43,988 nucleotides of DNA from Haliea sp. (GCA_041583655.1 JBFHFJ010000001.1:1-43988); one strand, 5' to 3'. Shown: positions 1 to 8,462, counted from the stretch's first letter. Translations and numbers: made by a program. Notes: generated from the sequence alone by a model not told the origin.

Positions 1-86
1 CGAAGCCGGCCACGCCGTCCTGGACGTTCTCGCCATACAGGGCGCACCACTGGTCGCCGTCGATGAAGATGCGGGGGCGGAACTGG
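1..86 (-). other. Fragment of an unrelated coding sequence joined to the DAHP synthase gene (possibly phage-like; chimeric junction)
   Basis: A different minus-strand frame reads QFRPRIFIDGDQWCALYGENVQDGVAGF with GC3-rich codons, while the aroG frame degenerates (PVPPPHLHRRR) instead of continuing with the expected TEFLD-type motif. Confidence 0.5.
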
Positions 87-554
87 GGCCGCCGGCAGGC
101 CCAGGGCGGCGACATCCAGCAATACCCTGCGTGCCTGCCGCAGGCCCTTGTTGATATGGAAACTGCCGTCGAGGTCCGGGTCGTTGATCAAACCCTTCCA
201 TCCCACCACCGTGCGCGGCTTCTCGAAATAGACCCGCAGCACTGGCAGGATGGCATCCTTCAGCGGCGCGCAGGCATCCTGCAGGCGGGTGGCAAAGTCG
301 AGCAGGGCGGCCGGATCGTGCACCGAGCAGGGTCCGACGACAACCAGGAGCCGGGGGTCTTCCCCGCGCAGCACCGCCTCGATATCGCGCCGTGCCTGGG
401 CGATACCGCGGCGCTGGGCCTCGGGCAGCGGCAGTTCCTCCGCCAGCACCCAGGGTGTGATGAGAGGCTGGGCGCCGTGGATGCGGACATCATCTGTACG
501 GTCGGTCGCTCCGCGGTCAGGCGTACTGCGGTCGTCGGGGCTGGGCTCGGTCAT
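3..554 (-). CDS. aroG: Class I DAHP synthase (3-deoxy-7-phosphoheptulonate synthase), N-terminal part only; homology ends at about position 87
   Basis: Manual minus-strand translation from ATG 554: MTEPSPDD...DDVRI...LLVVVGPCSVHD...LRVYFEKPRTVVGWKGLINDPDLDGSFHINKGLRQARRVLLDVAALGLPAA, the hallmark AroF/G/H motifs. Absent from the ORF track because the frame runs off the window. Isoform (F/G/H) cannot be determined. Confidence 0.9.
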   Translation of the reverse strand, partial: MTEPSPDDRSTPDRGATDRTDDVRIHGAQPLITPWVLAEELPLPEAQRRGIAQARRDIEAVLRGEDPRLLVVVGPCSVHDPAALLDFATRLQDACAPLKDAILPVLRVYFEKPRTVVGWKGLINDPDLDGSFHINKGLRQARRVLLDVAALGLPAAPVPPPHLHRRRPVVRPVWRERPGRRGRL

Positions 555-653
555 GGTGTTCTCGGCGCGCTTTGGCGGGGCATTTTGCCCCATGGTCCGC
601 GGCCCGGCAACCGCATCCCGTGGCCGGGCTGGCCGCAGGCGTGCCTGACCGTT

Positions 654-2087
654 TTACTCCGCCAGGGCGCGGCGGGCAGCAATAGCAGCCTGTACTTCCT
701 CGACCCGGGCCTGGCTGGTGCGGATGCGGGAGATGACCCAGAGGGCAATCAGCAGTGGCGGGATAACCCCCAGCCCCAGTGCGTAGACCAGGCCGTGCAG
801 TGTATCCAGGGGAACCTCGCCGGGGCGCATTCCGGTCTCCAGCCCGATGACATCCAGCGCCAGGCCACCGTACAGCGGGCCGGCGACGGTCGCCATCTTG
901 GCGACGAAGTTGATCACGGAGAAAAACCCGGCTTCCTGGCGCACGCCGTGTTCCAGTTCATGCTCGTCGGTCAGGTCCGCGACGATGGATGTGCTGTTCA
1001 CGATCCGCAGCATGAACAGGTACATGAAAAAGAGCATGAAGATGAAGTTGAGGGCGAAGATCAGCTCCTCGTTGCTCGCGGGTAGAAGTTCGAACAGCTG
1101 CAGGGGGTAAAGCCACAGGCAGTTGAGAATCAGCCCCAGCAGTGACAGCTGCACTATGCGCTGCTTCGACAGGCGCCTGCCCAGCGGGCCCATGGTAACT
1201 ACGGCCAGCAGCACCGCCAGCAGTGTCGGGGCGGACAGGATGATGGAGATCTGGGCGGCAGAGAATTGCCAGAAGAACGTCCACACCAGCATGTTCAGGC
1301 TGCTGATGGCGCCATAGGCTGAGGTGGCGGCGATGTCATACGCGATCAGGTAGCGGAAGTTGCGGTTGCCAAGGGTGCGCCAGAGATCCCGCGTCAGGGC
1401 CAGTAAGGTTGTATGGCCGCTGTCCTCAGCGCCGGGTCGCGGCACCTCTGGCCGGATATGGTGGCGGGTTCCGAGGGTGCTGAGTGTGGCCATGACCCAG
1501 ACCACCGCGCAGGACAGCATCCCATAGAGGGGGTAGCGCGACTGCTCGAAACGCCCGTCGATTCCATTCTGCTCCGGGAAGACGAGGAGCAGTGCCGCCG
1601 CGGGCAGGAGTACGGCAAACAGGAACATCAGCCCCATGCGGGCCCCCAGTACCTGGGTGCGGTCGTGATAGTCGGTGGTGATCTCCGCGGAAAGCGCCAG
1701 GTGGGGAATGGTAAAGGTGGTGACAAACGTCCGTACCCACAGGGACCAGAAGAGCAGCCAGGAAGCCAGCAGGCCGCTGTTGTCGATCACCACCTGGGGG
1801 GGTGAAAAAAGCCCGATGAAGCCCAGGCCGAGGGGCAGGATGCTCAGGGCCATAAACGGATGGCGGCGGCCAAAGCGGCTGCGCAGCCGATCCGAGAGGG
1901 AGCCGACCAGCGGGTCGGAAATGCCGTCCCAGACCAGGCTGATGGCGATAATGAGGCCGGTGACGGTGCCGCTCAGGCCCAGGACCTGGGTGTAGAACAG
2001 CAGGATAAACATCGTGTAGGCCGCTTCCTTGGCGGCTGCTACCGCGCCTCCTGCACCGTACAGGAGGCGGGTTCCGACGCTGATCAC
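654..2087 (-). CDS. MFS transporter, glycoside-pentoside-hexuronide (MelB/GPH-like) family
   Basis: About 12 hydrophobic segments; WDGISDPLVGSLSDRLRSRFGRRHPF and ADLTDEHELEHGVRQEAGFFS motifs typical of the GPH family. Confidence 0.88.
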   Translation of the reverse strand: MISVGTRLLYGAGGAVAAAKEAAYTMFILLFYTQVLGLSGTVTGLIIAISLVWDGISDPLVGSLSDRLRSRFGRRHPFMALSILPLGLGFIGLFSPPQVVIDNSGLLASWLLFWSLWVRTFVTTFTIPHLALSAEITTDYHDRTQVLGARMGLMFLFAVLLPAAALLLVFPEQNGIDGRFEQSRYPLYGMLSCAVVWVMATLSTLGTRHHIRPEVPRPGAEDSGHTTLLALTRDLWRTLGNRNFRYLIAYDIAATSAYGAISSLNMLVWTFFWQFSAAQISIILSAPTLLAVLLAVVTMGPLGRRLSKQRIVQLSLLGLILNCLWLYPLQLFELLPASNEELIFALNFIFMLFFMYLFMLRIVNSTSIVADLTDEHELEHGVRQEAGFFSVINFVAKMATVAGPLYGGLALDVIGLETGMRPGEVPLDTLHGLVYALGLGVIPPLLIALWVISRIRTSQARVEEVQAAIAARRALAE

Positions 2088-2142
2088 GGCGGGAGGGTCA
2101 GGGCGTTACGTTACGGGGCGGGATGCCACGTGCCCGGGAAGC

Positions 2143-2538
2143 TCAGCGCCCGCCCTTGATCAGGCTGCGGAACCGGTCTACCAGGGTTTCATGCTTGTAG
2201 TCGGTGAACTCCCCGGCGTCCATGAACATGCCGTGTTCGCTACAGGTTTCGTACCAGATGTGTTTTTGCTTGGGATCGGAGGTTTTCTCCATATCCTTGC
2301 CGCAGTGCGGGCAGGCGATCTCCGCCACGTCATCCCACTTCTTGCCCTCGGCGCGATTGCCCAGATCCAGGGCGTCACCCATCCACTTGGACTTGAGCTG
2401 GTCTGCTTCACCGGTATCGAACCAGAGACCCATGCAGTTGGTGCAGCGGTCTATGGTGACGTCGCCGTAGGTAACTTCTTCCATGCCATGTCCGCACTTG
2501 GGGCATTTCAGGCTGTGTTGATCGGGGTTGTATTCCAT
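2143..2538 (-). CDS. Tandem zinc-ribbon (zf-TFIIB-like) protein
   Basis: Two repeats: CPKC...IDRCTNCMGLWFDTGE and CPHC...YETCSEHGMFMDAGE. Confidence 0.85.
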   Translation of the reverse strand: MEYNPDQHSLKCPKCGHGMEEVTYGDVTIDRCTNCMGLWFDTGEADQLKSKWMGDALDLGNRAEGKKWDDVAEIACPHCGKDMEKTSDPKQKHIWYETCSEHGMFMDAGEFTDYKHETLVDRFRSLIKGGR

Positions 2539-2759
2539 CGCTCGTCCCTGTCAGTTCGGTGTATTCGGGCTTCTACTGGTGGTCCCGCGGGGCAGGCCAG
2601 CAGCGAGTCTAGCGCAGGGCCGCCGTTTTGTCCTCCCCCGATCATGCCGGGGCCGGGCAGTCCGCATTCTGTCCTGGCCGCAGGAGCCCCCAGTGCATAC
2701 TCCGGGCGGCGAAAAGCTGGTAGATTCCGGGTTTGCAGATCTTTGTCGGGACCAGCTTG

Positions 2760-3383
2760 ATGAGTGTATTCGTTCTACCCCTGCTGGCAGCGCTGCTCGC
2801 CGCGCTGCCAGCTGCGGCCACAGCCGCCGATCCAGCAGACCTTTACCAGCCCTGCGCGGCTTGCCACGGCGCCGATGCCGGCGGCAATGCCGCCCTGCAG
2901 GCTCCGCGCCTCAACCATTTGCGTCCGGTGTATATCCTGGCCCAGCTGGACAAGTTCCAGCGTGGCCTGCGGGGCGCAGAGGGCGCCACGGCGGCGGCGC
3001 AGCAAATGGCCGCAAGTGTCTCCATGCTGCCGCCGGCGGAGCGCTGGCCGGAGCTGGCACACTACATCAGTGAGCTGGACGGTGGGCCTTCGGCAGCCAC
3101 GCTGACGGGTGGCGACCCGGTCATGGGTGGCGACTACTTCAACCAGTTCTGCGGTGCCTGCCACGGCCCTGCCGCGGGGGGCAACGTGGCGCTCAACGCG
3201 CCCGCACTGGCGGGGGCGGACGACTGGTACCTGGCTGCCCAGCTGCATGCGTTCCGCGACGGCCAGCGCGGGCAGCATCGCGAGGACCGAACCGGACGGC
3301 AAATGCGCAATATGGCGAGGGTGCTGCCCGGCGAACAGGCCATTCTTGATGTCATTGCCTTTATCCGCAACCAGCCGGAGTAG
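2760..3383 (+). CDS. Periplasmic dihaem cytochrome c (c4/c553-like)
   Basis: Signal peptide from ATG 2760; CAACH and CGACH haem motifs; repeated P.L.....Y...QL..F..G.R c4-type motif; distal Met candidates (QQMAA, RQMRNM). Confidence 0.88.
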   Translation: MSVFVLPLLAALLAALPAAATAADPADLYQPCAACHGADAGGNAALQAPRLNHLRPVYILAQLDKFQRGLRGAEGATAAAQQMAASVSMLPPAERWPELAHYISELDGGPSAATLTGGDPVMGGDYFNQFCGACHGPAAGGNVALNAPALAGADDWYLAAQLHAFRDGQRGQHREDRTGRQMRNMARVLPGEQAILDVIAFIRNQPE

Positions 3384-4590
3384 GTGGCCGCGGCCGACCG
3401 CCTGGCTTGCCGGATGCCTGTTGCTGGCTTGCGCGGCGGGCCCGGCGACGGCGCGGGACACGGGCGCTTTCAGTCTCAGCCCGCACTGCCCGCCGGGGTT
3501 CGAGCTGGTGCAGGGCGCCTGCCGACTGCGCAGCCTGTACCAGCGCTATGACTCCCTGCAGGGCGCTGGGGTCGGCGGGCTGAAAACCGGGCTGCCGAGC
3601 TGGCGGGACGGTTTTACCCCGCAGCAGATTGACCTGGGTCGCTACCTGTTTTTCGATCCCCTGCTGTCCGCGGATCACACACTCTCCTGTGCCAGTTGCC
3701 ACCAGCCCGACCGCGGGTTTGCCGATGGCATGGGGCGCAGTGTGGGCAGCCGTGGCCAGCTGAGTGCGCGCTCCGCGCCCAGCCTGTGGAACGTGGCTTT
3801 CCTGCAGCGCTTTTTCTGGGACGCGCGCGCCGACAGCCTGGAGCAGCAGGTCCTGGAGCCGCTGTTCAAGGAGACTGAAATGGCCAATTCGCCGGAAGCC
3901 CTGCTGGCAAGCCTGCGCGGCTCCGACGCCTATCGCGCACTCTTTGCCCAGGCTTTTCCGCGCCACTTCAGCGATCCCGCGGCCAGCGTCGAGCTGGAAC
4001 AGCTGTACACGGCGCTCGCCGCCTTCCAGACATCGCTGGTTTCCCTCAACAGCCGCTACGACCAGTACGCGCATGGCCACAGCGACGCCCTCAGCCAGCG
4101 CGAGCAGGCCGGGTTGAACGTCTTCCGCTCTGTTGTGGCCCGCTGTGCCGAGTGCCATACACCGCCCCTGTTCAGCAATCAGCAACTCGCAGTGATCGGC
4201 ACACCCGAGCCCGAGGGGTTGCCATTTGATCCCGGCGCCGGCCCCGGGCTGGGCGAGCCCACCCTGCGGGGGGCGTTTCGCACGCCCGGTTTGCGCAATA
4301 TTGCCCTGACCGCGCCCTACATGCATTCGGGCCGCTTTGCCTCACTGCGCGAGGCCGTTGCGTTCTACACTGGCGGTCGCGGCCACGCGGTGCCCGATGG
4401 CGAAGACCTGCGGATACATTGGCACATCTGGGAGCCCGGGTTAACTGATGACGAACTGGATCTGCTGGTGGAGTTCCTGCTCACGCTGACCGATGAGAGC
4501 TTAAAGCCCGTCACCCCCGTGGCGGTGCCCTCGGGACTGCCGCTGATGCACGGCCCGGCAACAGCAATAACAACAGGGAGCGCACAATGA
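3349..4590 (+). CDS. Dihaem cytochrome c peroxidase/MauG-family protein
   Basis: LGRYLFFDPLLS..SCASCH, RSAPSLWN, FFWDARA, CAECH and FRTPGLRNIALTAPYMHSG motifs. Start placed at ATG 3349, ahead of a signal-like segment, rather than at 3109; the start is uncertain. Confidence 0.88.
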   Translation: MSLPLSATSRSRWPRPTAWLAGCLLLACAAGPATARDTGAFSLSPHCPPGFELVQGACRLRSLYQRYDSLQGAGVGGLKTGLPSWRDGFTPQQIDLGRYLFFDPLLSADHTLSCASCHQPDRGFADGMGRSVGSRGQLSARSAPSLWNVAFLQRFFWDARADSLEQQVLEPLFKETEMANSPEALLASLRGSDAYRALFAQAFPRHFSDPAASVELEQLYTALAAFQTSLVSLNSRYDQYAHGHSDALSQREQAGLNVFRSVVARCAECHTPPLFSNQQLAVIGTPEPEGLPFDPGAGPGLGEPTLRGAFRTPGLRNIALTAPYMHSGRFASLREAVAFYTGGRGHAVPDGEDLRIHWHIWEPGLTDDELDLLVEFLLTLTDESLKPVTPVAVPSGLPLMHGPATAITTGSAQ

Positions 4591-6098
4591 AAAGAGTCAT
4601 GGGTTTTGCCAGCGCCGCGGTGCTGCTGCTTGCCGCCGGGTTTTACCTCGGCCTGGCACGGCAGCCACCGCCCACGGTCATCCAGGTGCCGGCGGCGCCC
4701 AAGGTGGCCTTCGAGCCCGGGGTGGAGATCGCGCCGGCCGCGGGTGCGCCGGTGCGCAGCCTGGTCACGCCCACCAGTGGTGAAGTGATCCTGGTGCGGG
4801 ACGGCGAATCGATCCAGGCGGCAGTCAGCCAGGCGGCTCCCGGCGCAGTCATCAAGGTGCTGCCCGGCACCTATCTCGAGACTGTCTATATCGACAAGGA
4901 CAACATCACCCTTTCCGGAGTGATTGAGCGCGGCGCCTACCCGGTGCTGGATGGCGAGGAATTCCGCAATGACGCCGTACTCTACTCGGGTAATGGCGTC
5001 ACCATCGAAAACCTCTATATAACCCGCTATAAAGGCAACGGCATCATGGGCCAGGCGGGCAACAACTACATCATCCGCAACAACATCATCGTCGATACCG
5101 GCGTCTATGGTATCTTCCCGCAGCTGGGCAGGAACGGCATCGTCGCGCACAACGTGGTGTCGGGAATAGAGGATGCCGCAATCTACGTCGGCATGTCGGA
5201 CAACGTCGACGTGGTCTTCAACGAGGTATTCGAGAGCGTTGCCGGCATCGAGATAGAGAACAGCCGCGGCGCGCTGGTGGAAAGCAATGTTGTCTACAAC
5301 AATACGGGCGGCATCCTGGCGTTCATTACCCCCGGCCTGCCGATCAAGACCTGCGGCGACGTAATCATCCGCAACAACTTTGTCTCCGGGAACAATCACG
5401 AGAACTTCGCCATTCCCGGCTCGCTGGTGTCCAATATTCCCTCTGGCACCGGGGTGCTGGTCATGGCCTGTGACGATGTTGTCCTGGAGGGCAATATCAT
5501 CACCAACAACGACTCCGTGGGTATCGCGTTCACCGATTTCTCCCTCGCATCCAACGCCGCGGTCGATCCGGAGTCTGACCCTTACCCCAATCGCCCGGTG
5601 ATTCTCAACAACATCATGCTCAACAACGGCGGCAACCCGGCACCGGCAGTGCGGGCCATTCTGGCCGCCATGCTGGAAACACGCGGCCCGGACATTGTCG
5701 ATACCGTGGGCATGGACGATGGCTGTATTCTCAACGCCGAACGCTTTCGCACTATCGGCCTCGACCAGTACGGAGATTGCCAATTCGCGACCACCGCCAA
5801 CGTCGCCACCTATACGCTGCCGCAGCCTGTGCCGGCGCGGGACCTTGCGGACGTGGATACCGGGCGCCTGGTCTACTACGGTATTTGCGCCGGGTGCCAT
5901 GCCTATAATTCCAGGCTTATCGGGCCGCCGGTGCAGGTCGTGCAGGCCCTGTACATGGATGACCCCGAGGGTATTGCGGACTACATCGCCAGCCCGGAAC
6001 GCAAGCGGCCCGACTACCCGGAGATGCCGCCGCAGGCACACCTGGATGCGGCGACGCGCCTCGCGGCCGCCGAATTCATGTTGCAGCTCGAGAACTGA
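4587..6098 (+). CDS. Right-handed parallel beta-helix protein fused to a C-terminal monohaem cytochrome c
   Basis: SIQAAV...PG..I.V.PGTY cap, many Asn/Gly/Ile PbH1-type repeats (GIEIENS, NNTGGIL), C-terminal CAGCH...GPP...YPEMPPQ, N-terminal signal/anchor; ATGA overlap with the upstream gene. Confidence 0.85.
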   Translation: MKRVMGFASAAVLLLAAGFYLGLARQPPPTVIQVPAAPKVAFEPGVEIAPAAGAPVRSLVTPTSGEVILVRDGESIQAAVSQAAPGAVIKVLPGTYLETVYIDKDNITLSGVIERGAYPVLDGEEFRNDAVLYSGNGVTIENLYITRYKGNGIMGQAGNNYIIRNNIIVDTGVYGIFPQLGRNGIVAHNVVSGIEDAAIYVGMSDNVDVVFNEVFESVAGIEIENSRGALVESNVVYNNTGGILAFITPGLPIKTCGDVIIRNNFVSGNNHENFAIPGSLVSNIPSGTGVLVMACDDVVLEGNIITNNDSVGIAFTDFSLASNAAVDPESDPYPNRPVILNNIMLNNGGNPAPAVRAILAAMLETRGPDIVDTVGMDDGCILNAERFRTIGLDQYGDCQFATTANVATYTLPQPVPARDLADVDTGRLVYYGICAGCHAYNSRLIGPPVQVVQALYMDDPEGIADYIASPERKRPDYPEMPPQAHLDAATRLAAAEFMLQLEN

Positions 6099-6208
6099 AC
6101 TGGACCAGGGCATCCCTTGCTGTAGATCAAAATTAGACGTTGCGCGGGCGGCTTTTCCGCCTACACTTAGCTTGCGGTATCCGTTCAACCACGAGAGTGA
6201 AAACGCCC

Positions 6209-6808
6209 ATGTTGGAAAAAGAAATGGCCCAGGCCGTAAAGATGGCAGAGCAGGCGAACAAGAAGGTGGTGCAGCTGCAGAAGAAGCTGTTGTCGGAAAC
6301 AGAAAAGGCGCATGCCAAGGTCAAGACTGACCTGGCGGCGGCGAAGAAAAAGCACTCGGCGGCCAACACGCGCTTGAAGAAAGCGCGCAATGCGCTCCGC
6401 GGCAAAGCCAGCAGTGCCAACCAGAAACACGTGGAGGAGCTGGTCAAGCAGGTTCAGGATCTGGCGGAGTCCGTGGCCAAGATTGCCAAGGCTGCCTATA
6501 GCTCCTTCGAGAAACTGCTGCCGATCCAGGCGGATCTCGCGCTGGAGTCGCGGCGTGCCATGGCGGCTGACAAGGCCGCCTCCATGGTCGAGAAAGCCGC
6601 CGAGCGTCGCAACAAGGCGCAGAAGTCCGCGGCTGGCAAGAAAGGTGCGGCGGCAAAGAAAAAAGCTGCTCCCAAAAAGAAAGCGGCAGCCAAAAAAGCC
6701 GTCGCAAAAAAAGCTGCCCCGAAAAAGAAGGCTGCTGCAAAGAAAAAAGCGGCACCCAGAAAGGCAGCACCACGGAAGGCCAGCGCCGCTCCCGCTAGCC
6801 CCGGCTGA
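6209..6808 (+). CDS. Lys/Ala-rich histone H1-like (AlgP/Hc-like) putative nucleoid protein
   Basis: Coiled-coil N-terminal half and C-terminal KKAA/PKKK repeats; ATG 6209 follows GAGAG. Confidence 0.75.
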   Translation: MLEKEMAQAVKMAEQANKKVVQLQKKLLSETEKAHAKVKTDLAAAKKKHSAANTRLKKARNALRGKASSANQKHVEELVKQVQDLAESVAKIAKAAYSSFEKLLPIQADLALESRRAMAADKAASMVEKAAERRNKAQKSAAGKKGAAAKKKAAPKKKAAAKKAVAKKAAPKKKAAAKKKAAPRKAAPRKASAAPASPG

Positions 6809-6820
6809 AGCCCGGGCAGG

Positions 6821-6856
6821 ACGGGCCCCGCCACCCAATGCGGTGGCGGGGCCCGT
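6821..6856. terminator. Perfect 15-bp inverted repeat between convergent genes (probable bidirectional terminator)
   Basis: ACGGGCCCCGCCACC-caatgc-GGTGGCGGGGCCCGT. Confidence 0.75.
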
Positions 6857-6891
6857 TATTGCGCCGGCCGCACTCGCAGCTGTGCGCCGTC

Positions 6892-7956
6892 TTAGTGGTC
6901 GGTGAGCAGGTAGACAAAGCCGTCGATTCCCGTGCGGACATCGCGAATGCGTGCGTCCAGCTCATTAAACAGCGTGGTTTCCCCCGTGACGCGGCCGTCC
7001 CGCAGCGTCAGCAGCCTCACTTCCCTGTCAACCAGGGCGCCCACCATCAGCTTGCCGCGCCAGGCGGGGAATTGGTCGCCGTCATACCACGCCATGCCCG
7101 AGGGCGCGATGCTGGGCACCCAGACGTGGAGCGGCGCGGCCATGCCCGGCAAGTCGCTGAACGGCGAAACATAGGCGCCACTGTAGTCGACCCCGTGGGT
7201 TGCCGCAGGCCATCCGTAGTTCTCTCCCGCGCGCAGCAGGTTGACTTCGTCCCCGCCCTTCGGGCCGTGTTCGTGCAGGTATACCGCGCCGGAGTCGCCG
7301 GCCAGGACCAGGCCCTGGGGGTTGCGATGGCCGAGCGTCCACACCCGCTCACTGCCGGGTTCAGTGAAAGGGTTGTCCGCAGGTATGGCGCCGTCATCCA
7401 TGATGCGCAGCACCTTCCCCAACTCGCTGCGCGGGTTCTGGGCCTGTTCGCGGAAGTCGAAGCCATCCCCGGTAGCGAGCAGCAGGCTGTTGTCGGGCAG
7501 GAACAGCAGGCGGCCGCCGTAGTGCTGGGCCGTGTTCTTCTTGTCCGCGACCCAGAGGATATCCCTGCCATCCCGCAGGGCGTTGCCCTCCAGCCGGGCA
7601 CGCCAGACCGCGGTACCGTTGGCGTCTTTTTTGCCCCGGGCGTAGGCCAGGTAGACCAGCCGGTTACGGTTGAAATCCGGGTGCAGCACAATGTCAAAAA
7701 AACCGCCCTGGCCCGCGACCCAGGTGGCTGGCACGCCGCTGATGTCTTCGCGCTGGCTGCCATCGGCGCTGATCCGCAGCAGTCTGCCCCGGCGTTCGGT
7801 AACCAGCAGGCTGCCATCGGGCACCTGGACCACCGACCAGGGATGGTGCAGGCCGTCGGCCACCGTCTCAACCCGGTACTCCGCCGCCGATGCGGCGAGG
7901 CCCGTCAGCAGGAATACCGTTGCCAGGGCGCGACGGGCAATCGCTGATGCGTTCAT
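6892..7956 (-). CDS. PQQ-dependent soluble aldose/glucose dehydrogenase (YliI/sGDH family); last 12 codons cut off by an in-frame TAA
   Basis: GLHHPWS, LLVTERRGRL, GQGGFFDIVLHPDF, HYGGRL, GHRNPQG, EHGPKGGDEVN, NYGWP, SIAPSG and RIRDV motifs; signal peptide from ATG 7956. The ORF-track extension to 8322 overlaps the next gene. Confidence 0.9.
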   Translation of the reverse strand: MNASAIARRALATVFLLTGLAASAAEYRVETVADGLHHPWSVVQVPDGSLLVTERRGRLLRISADGSQREDISGVPATWVAGQGGFFDIVLHPDFNRNRLVYLAYARGKKDANGTAVWRARLEGNALRDGRDILWVADKKNTAQHYGGRLLFLPDNSLLLATGDGFDFREQAQNPRSELGKVLRIMDDGAIPADNPFTEPGSERVWTLGHRNPQGLVLAGDSGAVYLHEHGPKGGDEVNLLRAGENYGWPAATHGVDYSGAYVSPFSDLPGMAAPLHVWVPSIAPSGMAWYDGDQFPAWRGKLMVGALVDREVRLLTLRDGRVTGETTLFNELDARIRDVRTGIDGFVYLLTDH

Positions 7957-8019
7957 GGGCTTTTCCTTTGCGGTTTGTGCGGTCATTATAAACAGACACA
8001 GCACCAGAGGTAGTCGTCC

Positions 8020-8460
8020 ATGATTCGTGTGCTCAAGGCATTCTTCCCCGCGGTTATCGCGGCCTATGTACTGGGCTGCCTGTTGGCAACCCAGGTGGTT
8101 CTGGGCAACCTCGCTGGCATGGGTGTGGATATCTCCCTGGCCACGCGCCTCCAGGCCAGTCTGCACGACCTGCTGGGCATGACGGCTTACCTGCTGTTGA
8201 TCCTGGTGGCTTTCGTGATTGCCATGCCGGTCGCCGCCGGCCTGGTGCGTATCCACGTGGTGCCGGGGACGCGGGTCTTCTGGTTCACCCTGGCGGGCTT
8301 TATCGCGCTGGTGGTACTGCACCTGGTCATGCGCCAGGTCCTGGGTCTGTACGTGGTGGCGGCTGCGAGGGGTTGGGACGGCCTGCTGCTGCAGGGCCTT
8401 GCCGGCGCCGTCGGTGGTTTCCTCTACAACCTGATCAGCAGCGCCCGCGCCCGTCGCTGA
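8020..8460 (+). CDS. Small integral membrane protein (about 4 TM), function unknown
   Basis: Four hydrophobic stretches, SD-like AGAGG upstream, divergent from the PQQ dehydrogenase. Confidence 0.75.
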   Translation: MIRVLKAFFPAVIAAYVLGCLLATQVVLGNLAGMGVDISLATRLQASLHDLLGMTAYLLLILVAFVIAMPVAAGLVRIHVVPGTRVFWFTLAGFIALVVLHLVMRQVLGLYVVAAARGWDGLLLQGLAGAVGGFLYNLISSARARR

Positions 8461-8462
8461 GG

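Noticed and set aside
63-1085. 340-aa plus-strand ORF
   Set aside because: Antisense to the DAHP synthase and MFS genes, which carry clear family motifs.
4365-6188. 607-aa minus-strand ORF (and similar shadows at 6838-7947, 22922-24175, 30362-31525, 35657-36652)
   Set aside because: Each mirrors a well-supported gene on the opposite strand.
6640-6790. A-rich repeats as a non-coding tandem repeat
   Set aside because: Fully explained by Lys/Ala codons of the histone-like protein.
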